A DNA stretch of 64,000 nucleotides from Gammaproteobacteria bacterium. GTDB lineage: Bacteria; Pseudomonadota; Gammaproteobacteria; Chromatiales; Chromatiaceae. The notes under the pieces are model-generated. The model saw nothing but the letters and a program-made list of their open reading frames with translations. It did no database searches and had not been told where the DNA came from. Below, piece by piece: positions 33,631 to 43,600 of this stretch (its first letter is position 1; the number at the start of each line of letters is the position of its first letter). Where the stretch lies: NCBI GenBank assembly GCA_009928645.1, contig SACH01000001.1, positions 56,239-120,238 of the forward strand. The letters are read 5' to 3'. Position numbers and translations under genes: made by a program.

Positions 33631-34554
33631 ATGACGCTCATCGAGAACCAATCCCCGGGGGCCGACCGGGCCCTTCAGCTCGAGGCCTGGTATGGCTCCG
33701 CCCTGGGTCGGGAGGTGGCCAGCCAGGAGGTAGCCTGCCTGTTGGACATGCTGGAAGGGGTCTTTGGCCACTACATCCTCCAGGTCGGGGGGGGAGAGGC
33801 CTTCCGCGAGACGGTGGTCACCAGCCAGGTCCGCCACGCGATCACTCTGCCGCCGGCGCGCCAACCGGGGGGGCTGGGTATGCGCATCGTCGCCACCCCC
33901 GAGGCCCTGCCGCTTGCCAGCGACAGCCTGGACGCCGTCTTCCTGCCCCATACCCTGGACTTCGCCCGTGACCCACGGCAGGTCCTGCGGGAGGCCGAGC
34001 GGGTTTTGATCCCCGAGGGCCGACTCATCCTCTTTGGTTTCAATGCCCTGAGTCCCTGGGCCCTGGTGCGCCTGGCGCGACCGGGGCGCATGCCCTGGTG
34101 TGGCGGCTTTTTGACCCGTTACCGGGTCGGGGACTGGCTGTCGCTGTTGGGTTTCGACGTCGAGTGGCAGCGCATGCTGGTCTTTCAGGCCCCTTGGGCT
34201 GGTTCCCGCTGGTGCTCCGGGAGTTTCCTCGCCGCCGCCGGTAGCCGCTATTGGCCGGCCTTGGGAGGGGTCTATGCCCTGCGTGCTGTCAAGCGCGTGT
34301 CCACCCTGACCCCGTTGCGGCCCTCCTGGAACACCCGTCGCCGGCTGCTACCTGGCGGGGCGGTGGAGCCCACCGCCCGGGGGACCAACCGCGCCCCGGT
34401 CACCTTCCCCCCCACGCCCATCCACCCTGCCGACCGGCTGACCCGCCCGTGGCGGGACCGCTACCCGGGCTTGGGCGAAAACTTGGAAGGGAGCTTAGGC
34501 AGAAACTCGGGCGGCAGCTGGGGCGGAAGCTCGGGCGGGAGGCAGGCCCCATGA
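33631..34554 (+). CDS. class I SAM-dependent methyltransferase-like protein with a repeat-encoded C-terminal tail
   Basis: The region around ILQVGGGE...[39 protein letters not shown] resembles Methyltransf_11-type proteins that often sit upstream of rnhA. The last ~60 aa are low complexity. Confidence 0.6.
   Translation: MTLIENQSPGADRALQLEAWYGSALGREVASQEVACLLDMLEGVFGHYILQVGGGEAFRETVVTSQVRHAITLPPARQPGGLGMRIVATPEALPLASDSLDAVFLPHTLDFARDPRQVLREAERVLIPEGRLILFGFNALSPWALVRLARPGRMPWCGGFLTRYRVGDWLSLLGFDVEWQRMLVFQAPWAGSRWCSGSFLAAAGSRYWPALGGVYALRAVKRVSTLTPLRPSWNTRRRLLPGGAVEPTARGTNRAPVTFPPTPIHPADRLTRPWRDRYPGLGENLEGSLGRNSGGSWGGSSGGRQAP
34467..34550 (+). repeat. 12-nt degenerate tandem repeat (about 7 units) ending at the rnhA start codon
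   Basis: GGGCTTGGGCGA AAACTTGGAAGG GAGCTTAGGCAG AAACTCGGGCGG CAGCTGGGGCGG AAGCTCGGGCGG GAGGCAGGCCCC, followed by the ATG. Confidence 0.75.
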
Positions 34555-34985
34555 CGGCATCGGTCGAGATCTTTAGTGATGGGGCTTGCAAGGGCAACCC
34601 CGGTCCGGGTGGCTGGGGCGCGCTGCTGCGTTTTGGCGCCCACGAAAAGGAGCTGTGCGGCGGCGAGGCCCACACCACCAATAATCGCATGGAACTGATG
34701 GCCGTCATCCAGGCCCTGGAGGCCCTCAAGCGGCCCGTGCCGGTCCGGGTGGTCACCGATTCCCAATACCTGCGCCTGGGGATCACCCAGTGGCTGCCGC
34801 GCTGGAAGCGCAATGGCTGGCGGACCGCTAATCGCCAGCCGGTTAAGAACCAGGACCTCTGGGAGCGCCTGGATCGGGCCCTGGGCGAGCACCAGATCGA
34901 GTGGCACTGGGTCAAGGGTCATGCCGGTCATCCGGGGAATGAGCGCGCCGATGCCCTGGCCAATCGGGGCATTCCCCGCGGATGA
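34551..34985 (+). CDS. rnhA: ribonuclease HI
   Basis: [56 protein letters not shown], 144 aa. An ATGA overlap joins it to the upstream gene. Confidence 0.93.
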   Translation: MTASVEIFSDGACKGNPGPGGWGALLRFGAHEKELCGGEAHTTNNRMELMAVIQALEALKRPVPVRVVTDSQYLRLGITQWLPRWKRNGWRTANRQPVKNQDLWERLDRALGEHQIEWHWVKGHAGHPGNERADALANRGIPRG

Positions 34986-35017
34986 AGCACCTCTAATTAT
35001 TGCTAGGTTATTCCCCC

Positions 35018-35728
35018 ATGCGTCAGATCGTCCTTGATACGGAAACCACCGGCCTGGAACCCAGCAATGGCCATCGCATCATCGAGATTGGCGGCATCGA
35101 ACTGGTGGAGCGGCGGCCTACGGGCAATAACTTCCATCGCTACCTGCAGCCCGATCGCGACGTGGAGCAGGGTGCCCTCAATGTCCACGGCATCACCAAT
35201 GCCTTCCTCCGCGACCAGCCGCGCTTCGCCGATATCGCCGAGGAGTTTCTCGCCTACATCCGTGGTGCCGAGCTCATCATCCACAACGCCCCCTTCGACG
35301 TGGGATTTCTCGACCATGAGCTGAAGCAGTGGCGGGCCGAGGCCCCGCGCATCGCTGACCTCTGCCCGGTCTTCGATAGCTTGGTCCTGGCCCGTCGCCG
35401 TCATCCCGGGCAGCGCAACTCCTTGGATGCGCTGTGCAAGCGCTATGAGATCGACAGCACGCGCCGCGATTTGCACGGTGCCCTGCTTGATGCCGGACTC
35501 CTGGCCCAGGTCTATCTGGCCATGACTGGCGGTCAGGTCAAACTGGCCCTGGGGGGGCAGGGCGAGACGGGCACGGAGGCTGATCGCCATCCCATCCGCC
35601 GCCTGCCGGCCGATCGCCCGCCCTTGCGCGTGGTCCGGGCCACCGCCGAAGAGCTCCAGGCCCACCAGCAGCGCCTGGCTGCCATCGACAAGGCCAGCGA
35701 GGGTCGTTGCGTCTGGTTGCATCACTAG
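35018..35728 (+). CDS. dnaQ: DNA polymerase III epsilon subunit (3'-5' proofreading exonuclease)
   Basis: MRQIVLDTETTGL (Exo I), HNAPFDVGFL (Exo II), HGALLDAGLLAQVY (Exo III). Confidence 0.93.
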   Translation: MRQIVLDTETTGLEPSNGHRIIEIGGIELVERRPTGNNFHRYLQPDRDVEQGALNVHGITNAFLRDQPRFADIAEEFLAYIRGAELIIHNAPFDVGFLDHELKQWRAEAPRIADLCPVFDSLVLARRRHPGQRNSLDALCKRYEIDSTRRDLHGALLDAGLLAQVYLAMTGGQVKLALGGQGETGTEADRHPIRRLPADRPPLRVVRATAEELQAHQQRLAAIDKASEGRCVWLHH

Positions 35729-36044
35729 CCCGACTTCGGCGACTGGTGTCCTGGCAGCGAGACCCTGGTGCCAGGGCCATGAGCCCCCGCTGCCAAGCCA
35801 GTGAGCCAGCGCAGCCAAGGCAGTCAGTACCCGCTGTCAGCACGCGGAAACCATCCCCTTCAGCCTTGGCTATCGCCAATCAAGATTCAGCCTTGCCGGG
35901 TCGGGTGATGTCCGGCGAGCGATAACCTGCATACCTCCCGGTAGACTTGATCACGGCATCCCTATTGAAATGCTTCGGTTATAAAATGCCTGCCTTCGGT
36001 CATTCCCACTTTACCCCCAGCACCTTTTAACACCCATCTGGTGA

Positions 36045-37334
<1,290 letters not shown>

Positions 37335-37425
37335 GGCGCCAGGGAGTGGAGGGGCCGGGGAGAGGGCACTGGCTCCAGCGCCGGTCAATTTTCGTTGACC
37401 CAGGCGGGTGGCGTCTGGCAAGTTT

Positions 37426-37611
37426 TCATCGCACCATGGCGATGAGCAGGACCACGAGCCCCGCCACCATCGCCAGGGGCAGGATGACGGCCTGCCAGTC
37501 ACCTTTCTCGGCCTTCGGACCCTGCTGCTGCCATTGCTGGTAGGCCCGCCAGGCGTAGAAGACCATCATGCCCATGGCGGCCGCCGCCACAATCTTCATG
37601 AAGAGATCCAT
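37426..37611 (-). CDS. small (61 aa) two-helix membrane protein, hypothetical
   Basis: MDLFMKIVAAAAMGMMVFYAW...AVILPLAMVAGLVVLLIAMVR has two hydrophobic helices. GGAGG lies 7 nt before the chosen ATG. I recognised no family. Confidence 0.4.
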   Translation of the reverse strand: MDLFMKIVAAAAMGMMVFYAWRAYQQWQQQGPKAEKGDWQAVILPLAMVAGLVVLLIAMVR

Positions 37612-37699
37612 AGTCATCCTCCCGGGTCGGGAAAAAACAGGGCGTGCCTGCCAGGTCAGGGCCCTGATCTGGGAAAACCTGAGCTGAGGGGTGAGGGAC

Positions 37700-37724
37700 A
37701 AAAAAAACCCGGCACGGGGCCGGG
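37700..37724 (-). terminator. Rho-independent terminator after the BI-1/YccA-like gene
   Basis: The minus strand reads CCCGGCCCCGTGCCGGG followed by TTTTTTTT, about 40 nt after the stop codon at 37764. Confidence 0.7.
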
Positions 37725-37763
37725 GTCCAGTTCAGCTTAAGGCTGACGGTGGTCGGGCCAGAA

Positions 37764-38435
37764 TCAGTCGTCGCTGCTCATGATCCCCAGGATCTGCAGC
37801 AGGCTGATGAAGATGTTGAAGATATTCAGGTAGAGGCCATAGGTGGCCATGATGTAGTTGGTCTCGCCGCCGTTGATGATGCGGCTGGTATCAAAGAGGA
37901 TGAAGCCGCTCATCAGCAGGATGATGCCGCCGGAGACCGCCAGGGACAGGGCCGGCATCGCCAGAAAGATATTGGCGATGGCGGCGATGAAGACCACCAT
38001 GATGCCGGCGAACAGGAAGCCGCCCATGAAGCTGAAGTCGCGCTTGCTGGTCAGGGCGTAGCCGGACAGGCCCAGGAAGATCAGGCCGGTGCCGGCGAAG
38101 GCGGTGGCGATGATCTCGGGACCCCGGGGCAGCGCCATGTACATCGTCAGGATGGAGCCCAGTCCCAGGCCCAGCAAGCCGGTGATGGCGAAGAGAACGC
38201 CGATACCGGCGCTGGAGTTGGCGGTGCGGGGCAGGACGAACATGCCCATCACCATGGCGCCGATCACCGACACCAGATACATCCAGCTCGGCAGGGCGAG
38301 GGACATGGAGATCACAGCCATCAGGGCACTGAAGCCCAGGGTGGCGGACAGCAGCATATAGGTGTTCTTCAACACCTTGTTGGCGGAAATGGCGCTCTGG
38401 GCGCCGCTCAGCACGGAGTATTGGGGGTTGGCCAT
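37764..38435 (-). CDS. BAX inhibitor-1 / YccA-family membrane protein
   Basis: 223 aa with 7 hydrophobic segments. The N-terminus is typical (ISANKVLKNTYMLLSATL) and the C-terminal motif reads LYLNIFNIFISLLQILG. The RBS GAGGAGA precedes the ATG at 38435. Confidence 0.85.
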   Translation of the reverse strand: MANPQYSVLSGAQSAISANKVLKNTYMLLSATLGFSALMAVISMSLALPSWMYLVSVIGAMVMGMFVLPRTANSSAGIGVLFAITGLLGLGLGSILTMYMALPRGPEIIATAFAGTGLIFLGLSGYALTSKRDFSFMGGFLFAGIMVVFIAAIANIFLAMPALSLAVSGGIILLMSGFILFDTSRIINGGETNYIMATYGLYLNIFNIFISLLQILGIMSSDD

Positions 38436-38642
38436 CGGGCGTCTCTCCTCGGTAAGGGTCGAATGAAGGTTTTGGTCCGCGATTAGAACCGCAGTTGCAG
38501 ACTGAGTTCCGAAGGATACCGGTACGGGTCGAAAAGGCAACCTCAGCGCGCTTGGCCTGGGGATGCCCATTCCGGTATCCTTTATGGACTCGAATCTGGG
38601 GGTCGTCCTGGCCCATCCCAAGTCGAGAGCCCGCACGAATCC

Positions 38643-38687
38643 GGAAGGGTGGCTGAGTGGTCGATTGCGGTGGTCTTGAGCACCGTT
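38643..38687 (+). pseudogene. truncated tRNA-Ser(UGA)-like 5' half (acceptor 5' strand, D arm and anticodon arm only)
   Basis: GGAAGGGTGGCTGAGTGGTCGATTGCGGTGGTCTTGAGCACCGT aligns position by position with the 5' 44 nt of the intact tRNA-Ser 165 nt downstream. The anticodon loop is CTTGAGC. No variable arm, T arm or matching 3' acceptor strand follows. Confidence 0.5.
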
Positions 38688-38807
38688 ACCCCCTTGTTAG
38701 CGCTCTGAATACAAAAGGAAAAGCGGATCGTTTCCGCAAAGCTCCGTACCCCGTTTCCGCAACGCCGGGCCAATAAGTCGGCCGGAAAGCGGGGAATAGC
38801 AGACTCA

Positions 38808-38895
38808 GGTGAGGTGGCAGAGTGGCCGATTGCGGCAGTCTTGAAAACTGTTGAGCCGCGAGGCTCCGTGGGTTCGAATCCCACCCTCACCGCCA
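38808..38895 (+). tRNA. tRNA-Ser (anticodon UGA), CCA encoded
   Basis: Acceptor GGTGAGG/CCTCACC, anticodon loop CTTGAAA, long variable arm TGAGCCGCGAGGCTCCG, T loop GGGTTCGAATCCC, discriminator G then CCA. Length is 88 nt. Confidence 0.93.
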
Positions 38896-39103
38896 TATTC
38901 TGACAAAGGACCCCTTGATCAGGCGGTTAAGTCTGATTGATTCCTGTCGGCCTTCCCTTTGCACCCACTGGATCGGGTGGGGTGCTAGCCGTTGATGGTG
39001 ACTACCCCGTTCTCCCCGGGGCCTAGGACTAGTCCTGACACCCGGACTCTTACCCCCTGATCGGTCCTGGGCCAAGATCCCGACACCAGGTACCGAGGGG
39101 TCG

Positions 39104-39238
39104 TCAACAGGTTCCGCAACCCCGCAGTCGTTGATGAAGTTGCGACAGCTTTTCGTTACTAAGGTGAAGGGCGAGCAAAAGCCCCGTGATGAAAAGGGTC
39201 AGTAGGAAACCCCCCAGGGTCAAGGCGTCAAAGTTCAT
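39104..39238 (-). CDS. 44-codon hydrophobic mini-ORF (hypothetical small membrane peptide)
   Basis: It encodes MNFDALTLGGFLLTLFITGLLLALHLSNEKLSQLHQRLRGCGTC. AGGAG lies 6 nt upstream of the ATG. It is below the 60-aa cutoff of the ORF track and I recognised no homology. Confidence 0.3.
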   Translation of the reverse strand: MNFDALTLGGFLLTLFITGLLLALHLSNEKLSQLHQRLRGCGTC

Positions 39239-39437
39239 GTCAGTCTCCTAACCATTTGATCAGATAGCACGTTGGCGTTCAGCGGCTTTTGATTATGGGT
39301 TCAGTATGGCCGACAGTTCGTATATTAGCAAGTACTAATTTAGTGTTTCCTAATATTGCTGGTCGCTGAGCCCTGTTCATCCGCAGGCTGATGCCCCTCC
39401 GCGCCAGACCGAAAACCGACCTTCTTCGGGTAGAGTC

Positions 39438-39465
39438 AAAAAAAAGCCCCGCTTGGAGGCGGGGC
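39438..39465 (-). terminator. strong Rho-independent terminator (minus strand)
   Basis: The minus strand reads GCCCCGC-CTCCAA-GCGGGGC followed by TTTTTTTT. No credible protein-coding gene precedes it. Confidence 0.75.
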
Positions 39466-39900
39466 AATTCACCACTGAGGAGGTAGAGAACGGACCTGTC
39501 GGAGGAAAAATCCGCCTCATCCTGTACTACGCAATTTGCGCGCCAATGTTGTCCGGTGAACCAACGCCCTGCTGATGAATTTGGAACCAGGCTGTTCCAG
39601 GCGCCTCATCAAGGGCCTGACGGTCCGGATGTCAGGCCAGACCCTGGCAAGCCCAGGAGGGCGATCCAGGGAGGAGCCCCTCCCCTCCGCTGTAGGAAGC
39701 CCCTATGTTCCAACGGAAGCCGAGCGGAGGGATTTCTGCACCGCCGTGGTGCGGCTTAATCTGAAGCTGAGCTTCATCCTCCTGCGGCCTGGAGGTCGGC
39801 GGCCGGAGTGGTGGCCCCTGGCGGCAATGCTATGATCCTCGTGGAGGGGATCGCATCCCGGTATCTCAGGGCAGTGGCTGTAAACGCGGGGAAGCGTCCC
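39466..39900 (-). ncRNA. candidate structured, GGA-rich non-coding RNA of unknown class (5' end undefined)
   Basis: About 430 nt with no convincing ORF, many local hairpins and 14 GGA triplets on the minus strand by manual count. These include CAGGAUG-type motifs. The region ends at the terminator above. Confidence 0.3.
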
Positions 39901-39970
39901 TGCTGGCGATTACGGATTGGCCCGCCACTTATCAGCTTTTTTTGTTTGCACAAGCGAAGAGGTTGGGAAT

Positions 39971-40462
39971 ATGAGCGCAACAGCCAGGGTCCGGGTGCTG
40001 TTTGTTTGCATGGGAAATATCTGCCGCTCGCCCACGGCGGAGGGTGTTTTCCGTCATCTGCTGCGCGGTGAAGGCGTTGCGGATGTTATCGAAACCGATT
40101 CCGCCGGGACTCATGGTTACCACATCGGTGAGCCTCCCGATGCTCGGGCGCGGGAGACGGCCCTGCGGCGGGGGGTTGACCTCAGTGATCTTCGGGCCCG
40201 ACGGGTGGCGCGGGAGGATTTTGAGTTTTATGACTACGTGCTGGCCATGGATCGGGAAAACTACCAGGCCCTGATGGCGCTCTGCCCGCCCCATCACCGC
40301 CGTAAGCTGAAATTATTCATGGAGTTTGCCCCGGAGATGGGGGTCCGGGAGGTGCCCGATCCCTATTATGGGGGACCGGGGGGATTCGAGCAGGTCTTCG
40401 ATATGGTGGAGGCCGCGGCCATGGGGCTGCTGGAGGATATCCGCGGGCGTTTTCCGGCCTGA
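39971..40462 (+). CDS. low-molecular-weight protein-tyrosine phosphatase
   Basis: The signature VLFVCMGNICRSPTAEG (C-x5-R-S P-loop) and DPYYG with the catalytic Asp are present, 163 aa. Confidence 0.9.
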   Translation: MSATARVRVLFVCMGNICRSPTAEGVFRHLLRGEGVADVIETDSAGTHGYHIGEPPDARARETALRRGVDLSDLRARRVAREDFEFYDYVLAMDRENYQALMALCPPHHRRKLKLFMEFAPEMGVREVPDPYYGGPGGFEQVFDMVEAAAMGLLEDIRGRFPA

Positions 40463-40668
40463 TGACTGGCTTGCCGCGGTCGATCCCTCAACCGCCGCCC
40501 CGAATCCTCAATCGCAGCTCCTCACCCCCCGGGCTCCATCAGCGTCGCATGATCGCGGCCTGAATCGCCAGGTGTTCCTCAACAGCCATCCGGGCCCGAC
40601 CGGCAACTCATCCTGGAGGTAAAGCCGGGGGCCCGTCACTCTGGTCGGGTACGGTTAGCGGATGGGGC

Positions 40669-43600
40669 CTAATCCTCGGCCTTGACCGCGGCCGGCGGAA
40701 CTTCCGGCTCAGCCAGGGGAGGGGACTGATCCTTCCCTGATCCCTTGGTCTCGCTCGCCGCGGTGGACTTTTCGCCCCTGGACCTGGCCTCGCGGGTCTT
40801 GGGTGGGGCAGGGGTGTCCACGACCGGCGTAGGCTTGTCTGGGACCGGCTTGGGCTCGGCCCTGACCTTGGGAGGTTGCTGCGCGGCGGTATCGGCGTCA
40901 GGGCTGGCCGGCTGCTCGGCCGAGCGCTCACGGGGAGGTTTTCCGCCAGCAGGGGTGACCGCTGCCTCCAGGGTGGTGCTGGCCGGGGCTGACGGCCGTG
41001 GGGCAGCCGGAGGCTGCTCCACGGTTGCCTCACCGGTCTCACCCTCTGCCGGATCTGGTTTGGCCCGGGAGGCACTGTGTTCCGCGGTTGGCCGCCGGCG
41101 GCGCTGACCGCCTGCTGGCGAAGCCGGTTTGGGCTCCTCGGTCTCGGCTGGCGGTCGCCCGGGGGTGCTGGGGGAGGTCTCTGGCGCGGCCAGGGTTTGC
41201 GGGGTCGGCGGGGCAACGCTCGCCGGCATCAGTGCCGGCGCGGCGGCGGCCACGGTAACAGCGGTCTCCATTTCCGTTTTCACCGCCGGTGCGGATCTTC
41301 CCCTGGCCTTCGTTGTCTCCTGAACCTCCGGGGCGGGCTCTCTGGCCGCGGGGATCACCGGGGCCGCAGGCGATGGTATTCCGGACTCCGCCAGCGCCTC
41401 CATCGCAGGCATGGGCTCGCGGGCTTCCGGAATCGCCGGGGCCACTGATGCGGGTGCACTGGCTACCGGCGACGGTGGGACCGCAGGTGCCGGTTCTGTG
41501 GTATCCGGCATCGCTGGGGTCTCAGGCGGGGGCTTTCTGGCCTCCGGGGTCATCGGGACCTCAGTTGTCAACTCGCTGGCTGCCGGCTCCGCGAATGTCT
41601 TGACGGGGCGGGATTGCCGAGTGACCGGCGCCGCGGGCTTACTGACCTCCGGGGTCTCAGCTAAGGCAAGGCCGCTTTCAGGGACGTCCCTGTCAGGGGC
41701 CGCCAGCCTTTCAGGGGCGGCCATGCCGGCATCCTCCTGGACCGCGGAGGAGATCCCTGCCAGGGTCGTTTCCCCCGCAGCGTCAACCCCAGCCGGGACC
41801 ACTTCACCCTCCTCTCTGGCTTGCATCTCGGCACTGCCACCCCGACCACGACGACCGCGGCCGCCGCGGCGACGGCGGGAGCGGGGCCGGCCCGTGGGCT
41901 CCTGTTCAGCCTCTCCTCCGGCGATCAGAACCTCCAGGTCCATCACGTCCGCGGCGGCGACAGGCACCACTTCGGTGGCCGCGTCGGCTGCGTTGCCCCG
42001 GGGGGCAGGCAGGGGCTCGGCCAGGTTGGCCGTCTGATCTTCCTGGGGCAGGGGCGGGGTTGCTGGCTTGATCTCGGAGGGAACGTCCGCGGTGATGGCC
42101 GTGGCGGGAGGGGAGGCCTCCGCGGTGAAGGCCATGGCGGAAGGGGTGCCCTCCCGGGTCGAGGGGGTGGGTTCCGCCCGGTCCTGGTGGTCCGGGGTCG
42201 GTCGAGCGCCTTTTCCCAGCGGGGCTGGGGCCGGTTCCGCCGGGATCAGGTCCCAGTCGAAAAAGTCGAGGTTTTCATCCTCGATGAAGGGCGACGGTGT
42301 GACGGCCTCGGGGCGGCGCCCCTCGCCGTCGCGCCGCCCGCGGCCACGGCTGCCGCGTCGACTGGAACGTCCCGATTCTCCAGGGGAATCCCCCTCGGCC
42401 AATTCGTCCTGAGGTCCCGGTTGGCTGGGGGGTGGGGAGAGGCCGGGACTGGCCTCGGCGGTGAGGGTGTCCGGTGCCGTGGGACGGGCGGCTGGGGGAC
42501 TAAGGAGTGGCCGGGGACCAAAGCCCCCGCCGCGCCGGGGCTCCTCCTGCCCCCGATCCGGGCGACGGCTTTCTTCGAGCCGCGCGGCTGCACCCTGGCG
42601 CTCGTCGCGCCCGGTCGTCAGGGGCTGAGATTCCTCCCGCCGGGGTTCGCCGCGCCTTGGTTCCTCGCGTCTGGCACCCTCACGTCCCGCCTCTTCCCGG
42701 CGTGACTCCTCGCGTCGACCACCCTCGCGTGCCACCTCTTCCTGACGGCTGTCGTCACGCCGGCCCGGCTCACGTCCGCCGTCATCCCGGCGGGGGGCAT
42801 CGCGCCGTCCCTCGGAACGCCGGGAATCCTCGCGTCGGGTCTCCTCCCGCCGCGGCTCATCCCGTCGGGCCTCGTCGCGGCGGGGTGATTCCTCCCGCCG
42901 CGGTTCCTCGCGGCGGCTTGGCTGGCGCCCGGTGCCCGGACGGCTGGTCTCGCCACCGGCGGGCCTGGAAGCCGGGGACCGCGCTTCCAGCGGGCGTGGC
43001 TCTGCCTGGCGCTGATCAGGGGTGGCGCGGCCGGGTCGGGAACGGCGCGCCGGTTCCGCTTGCGGCGGTTGGGCCGGGGGGGCCGGTTCTTCGGCATTAC
43101 GGGGGGCGAAGAGGGTGGTCCAGAGTCGCTTGAGCAGGCTCTCGGGTTGGCGCTCCTGGACGGGCTGGGGCTGAACAGGCTGCTGGGGTTCGGTGCGCCG
43201 GGGTGGCGGCGCCGGTTCTCGCGGGGCAGTCTGCTTGATCGCCGGTTCCTCGGTGCGTACCGGTTCGGCGGCCCGCCCCAGGTCCAGCGGCCGCTCCTCC
43301 ATCCGGCTCACCAGTTGATAACTGGGCTGATCGTCCGCCAGCCGCTCCGCGTCCTGGGTCCGGATCCGCTCGATGCGGAAGTCCGGGGTCTCGAGGTGCG
43401 GATTGGGGACTAACAGGACGATGACCCGCTGGCGCTGCTCGATGCCGAGGATGGCATTGCGCTTCTCATTGAGGAGGAAGGTGGCGACGTCCACCGGCAG
43501 CTCCGCCAGGATACGCTCGGTGTTCTCCTTCATCGCCTCTTCTTCGAGGATACGCAGAATGGACAGGGCCAGGGACTCGACGCCACGGATGGTGCCCTGG

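Noticed and set aside
31771-33951. 726-aa minus-strand ORF spanning ftsK and the start of the next gene.
   Set aside because: It is antisense to the conserved FtsK motor domain, has low-complexity composition and has no RBS or start context. It is a GC-bias artefact.
38582-38896. 104-aa minus-strand ORF ([30 protein letters not shown]...).
   Set aside because: It is the antisense translation of the tRNA-Ser gene and the tRNA-like fragment. The VGFEPT and FKTAAI strings are the classic tRNA signature, so it is not a protein.
39466-39930. Possible identity of the structured region as tmRNA, RNase P RNA, SRP (4.5S) RNA, 6S RNA or a cobalamin riboswitch.
   Set aside because: I checked by eye on both strands for the hallmark strings. 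These were the tmRNA 5' GGGGCUGAUUCUGGAUUCGAC and 3' GGUUCGAnUCC...CCACCA, the RNase P GGAAAGUCCGGGC and ACAGAAnCCGGCUUA, and the SRP GGAAGCAGCC. None is present. A GCCACUG plus GGGAUG resemblance to the B12 core lacks the rest of the consensus and any B12-related downstream gene. A covariance-model scan is still needed.
38896-39970. Genomic island or prophage integrated at tRNA-Ser.
   Set aside because: There is no integrase, excisionase, transposase or phage-like ORF and no direct repeat of the tRNA 3' end. Only ~1 kb of non-coding sequence lies before the next ordinary gene. At most it is an old scar.
39937-40014. TTTGTTTGCA decamer repeated 60 nt apart, considered as a possible promoter or operator pair for the candidate sRNA.
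   Set aside because: The second copy is simply the codons for the conserved LFVCMGN phosphatase P-loop. I saw no palindromic GacA-type box, so this is probably coincidence.
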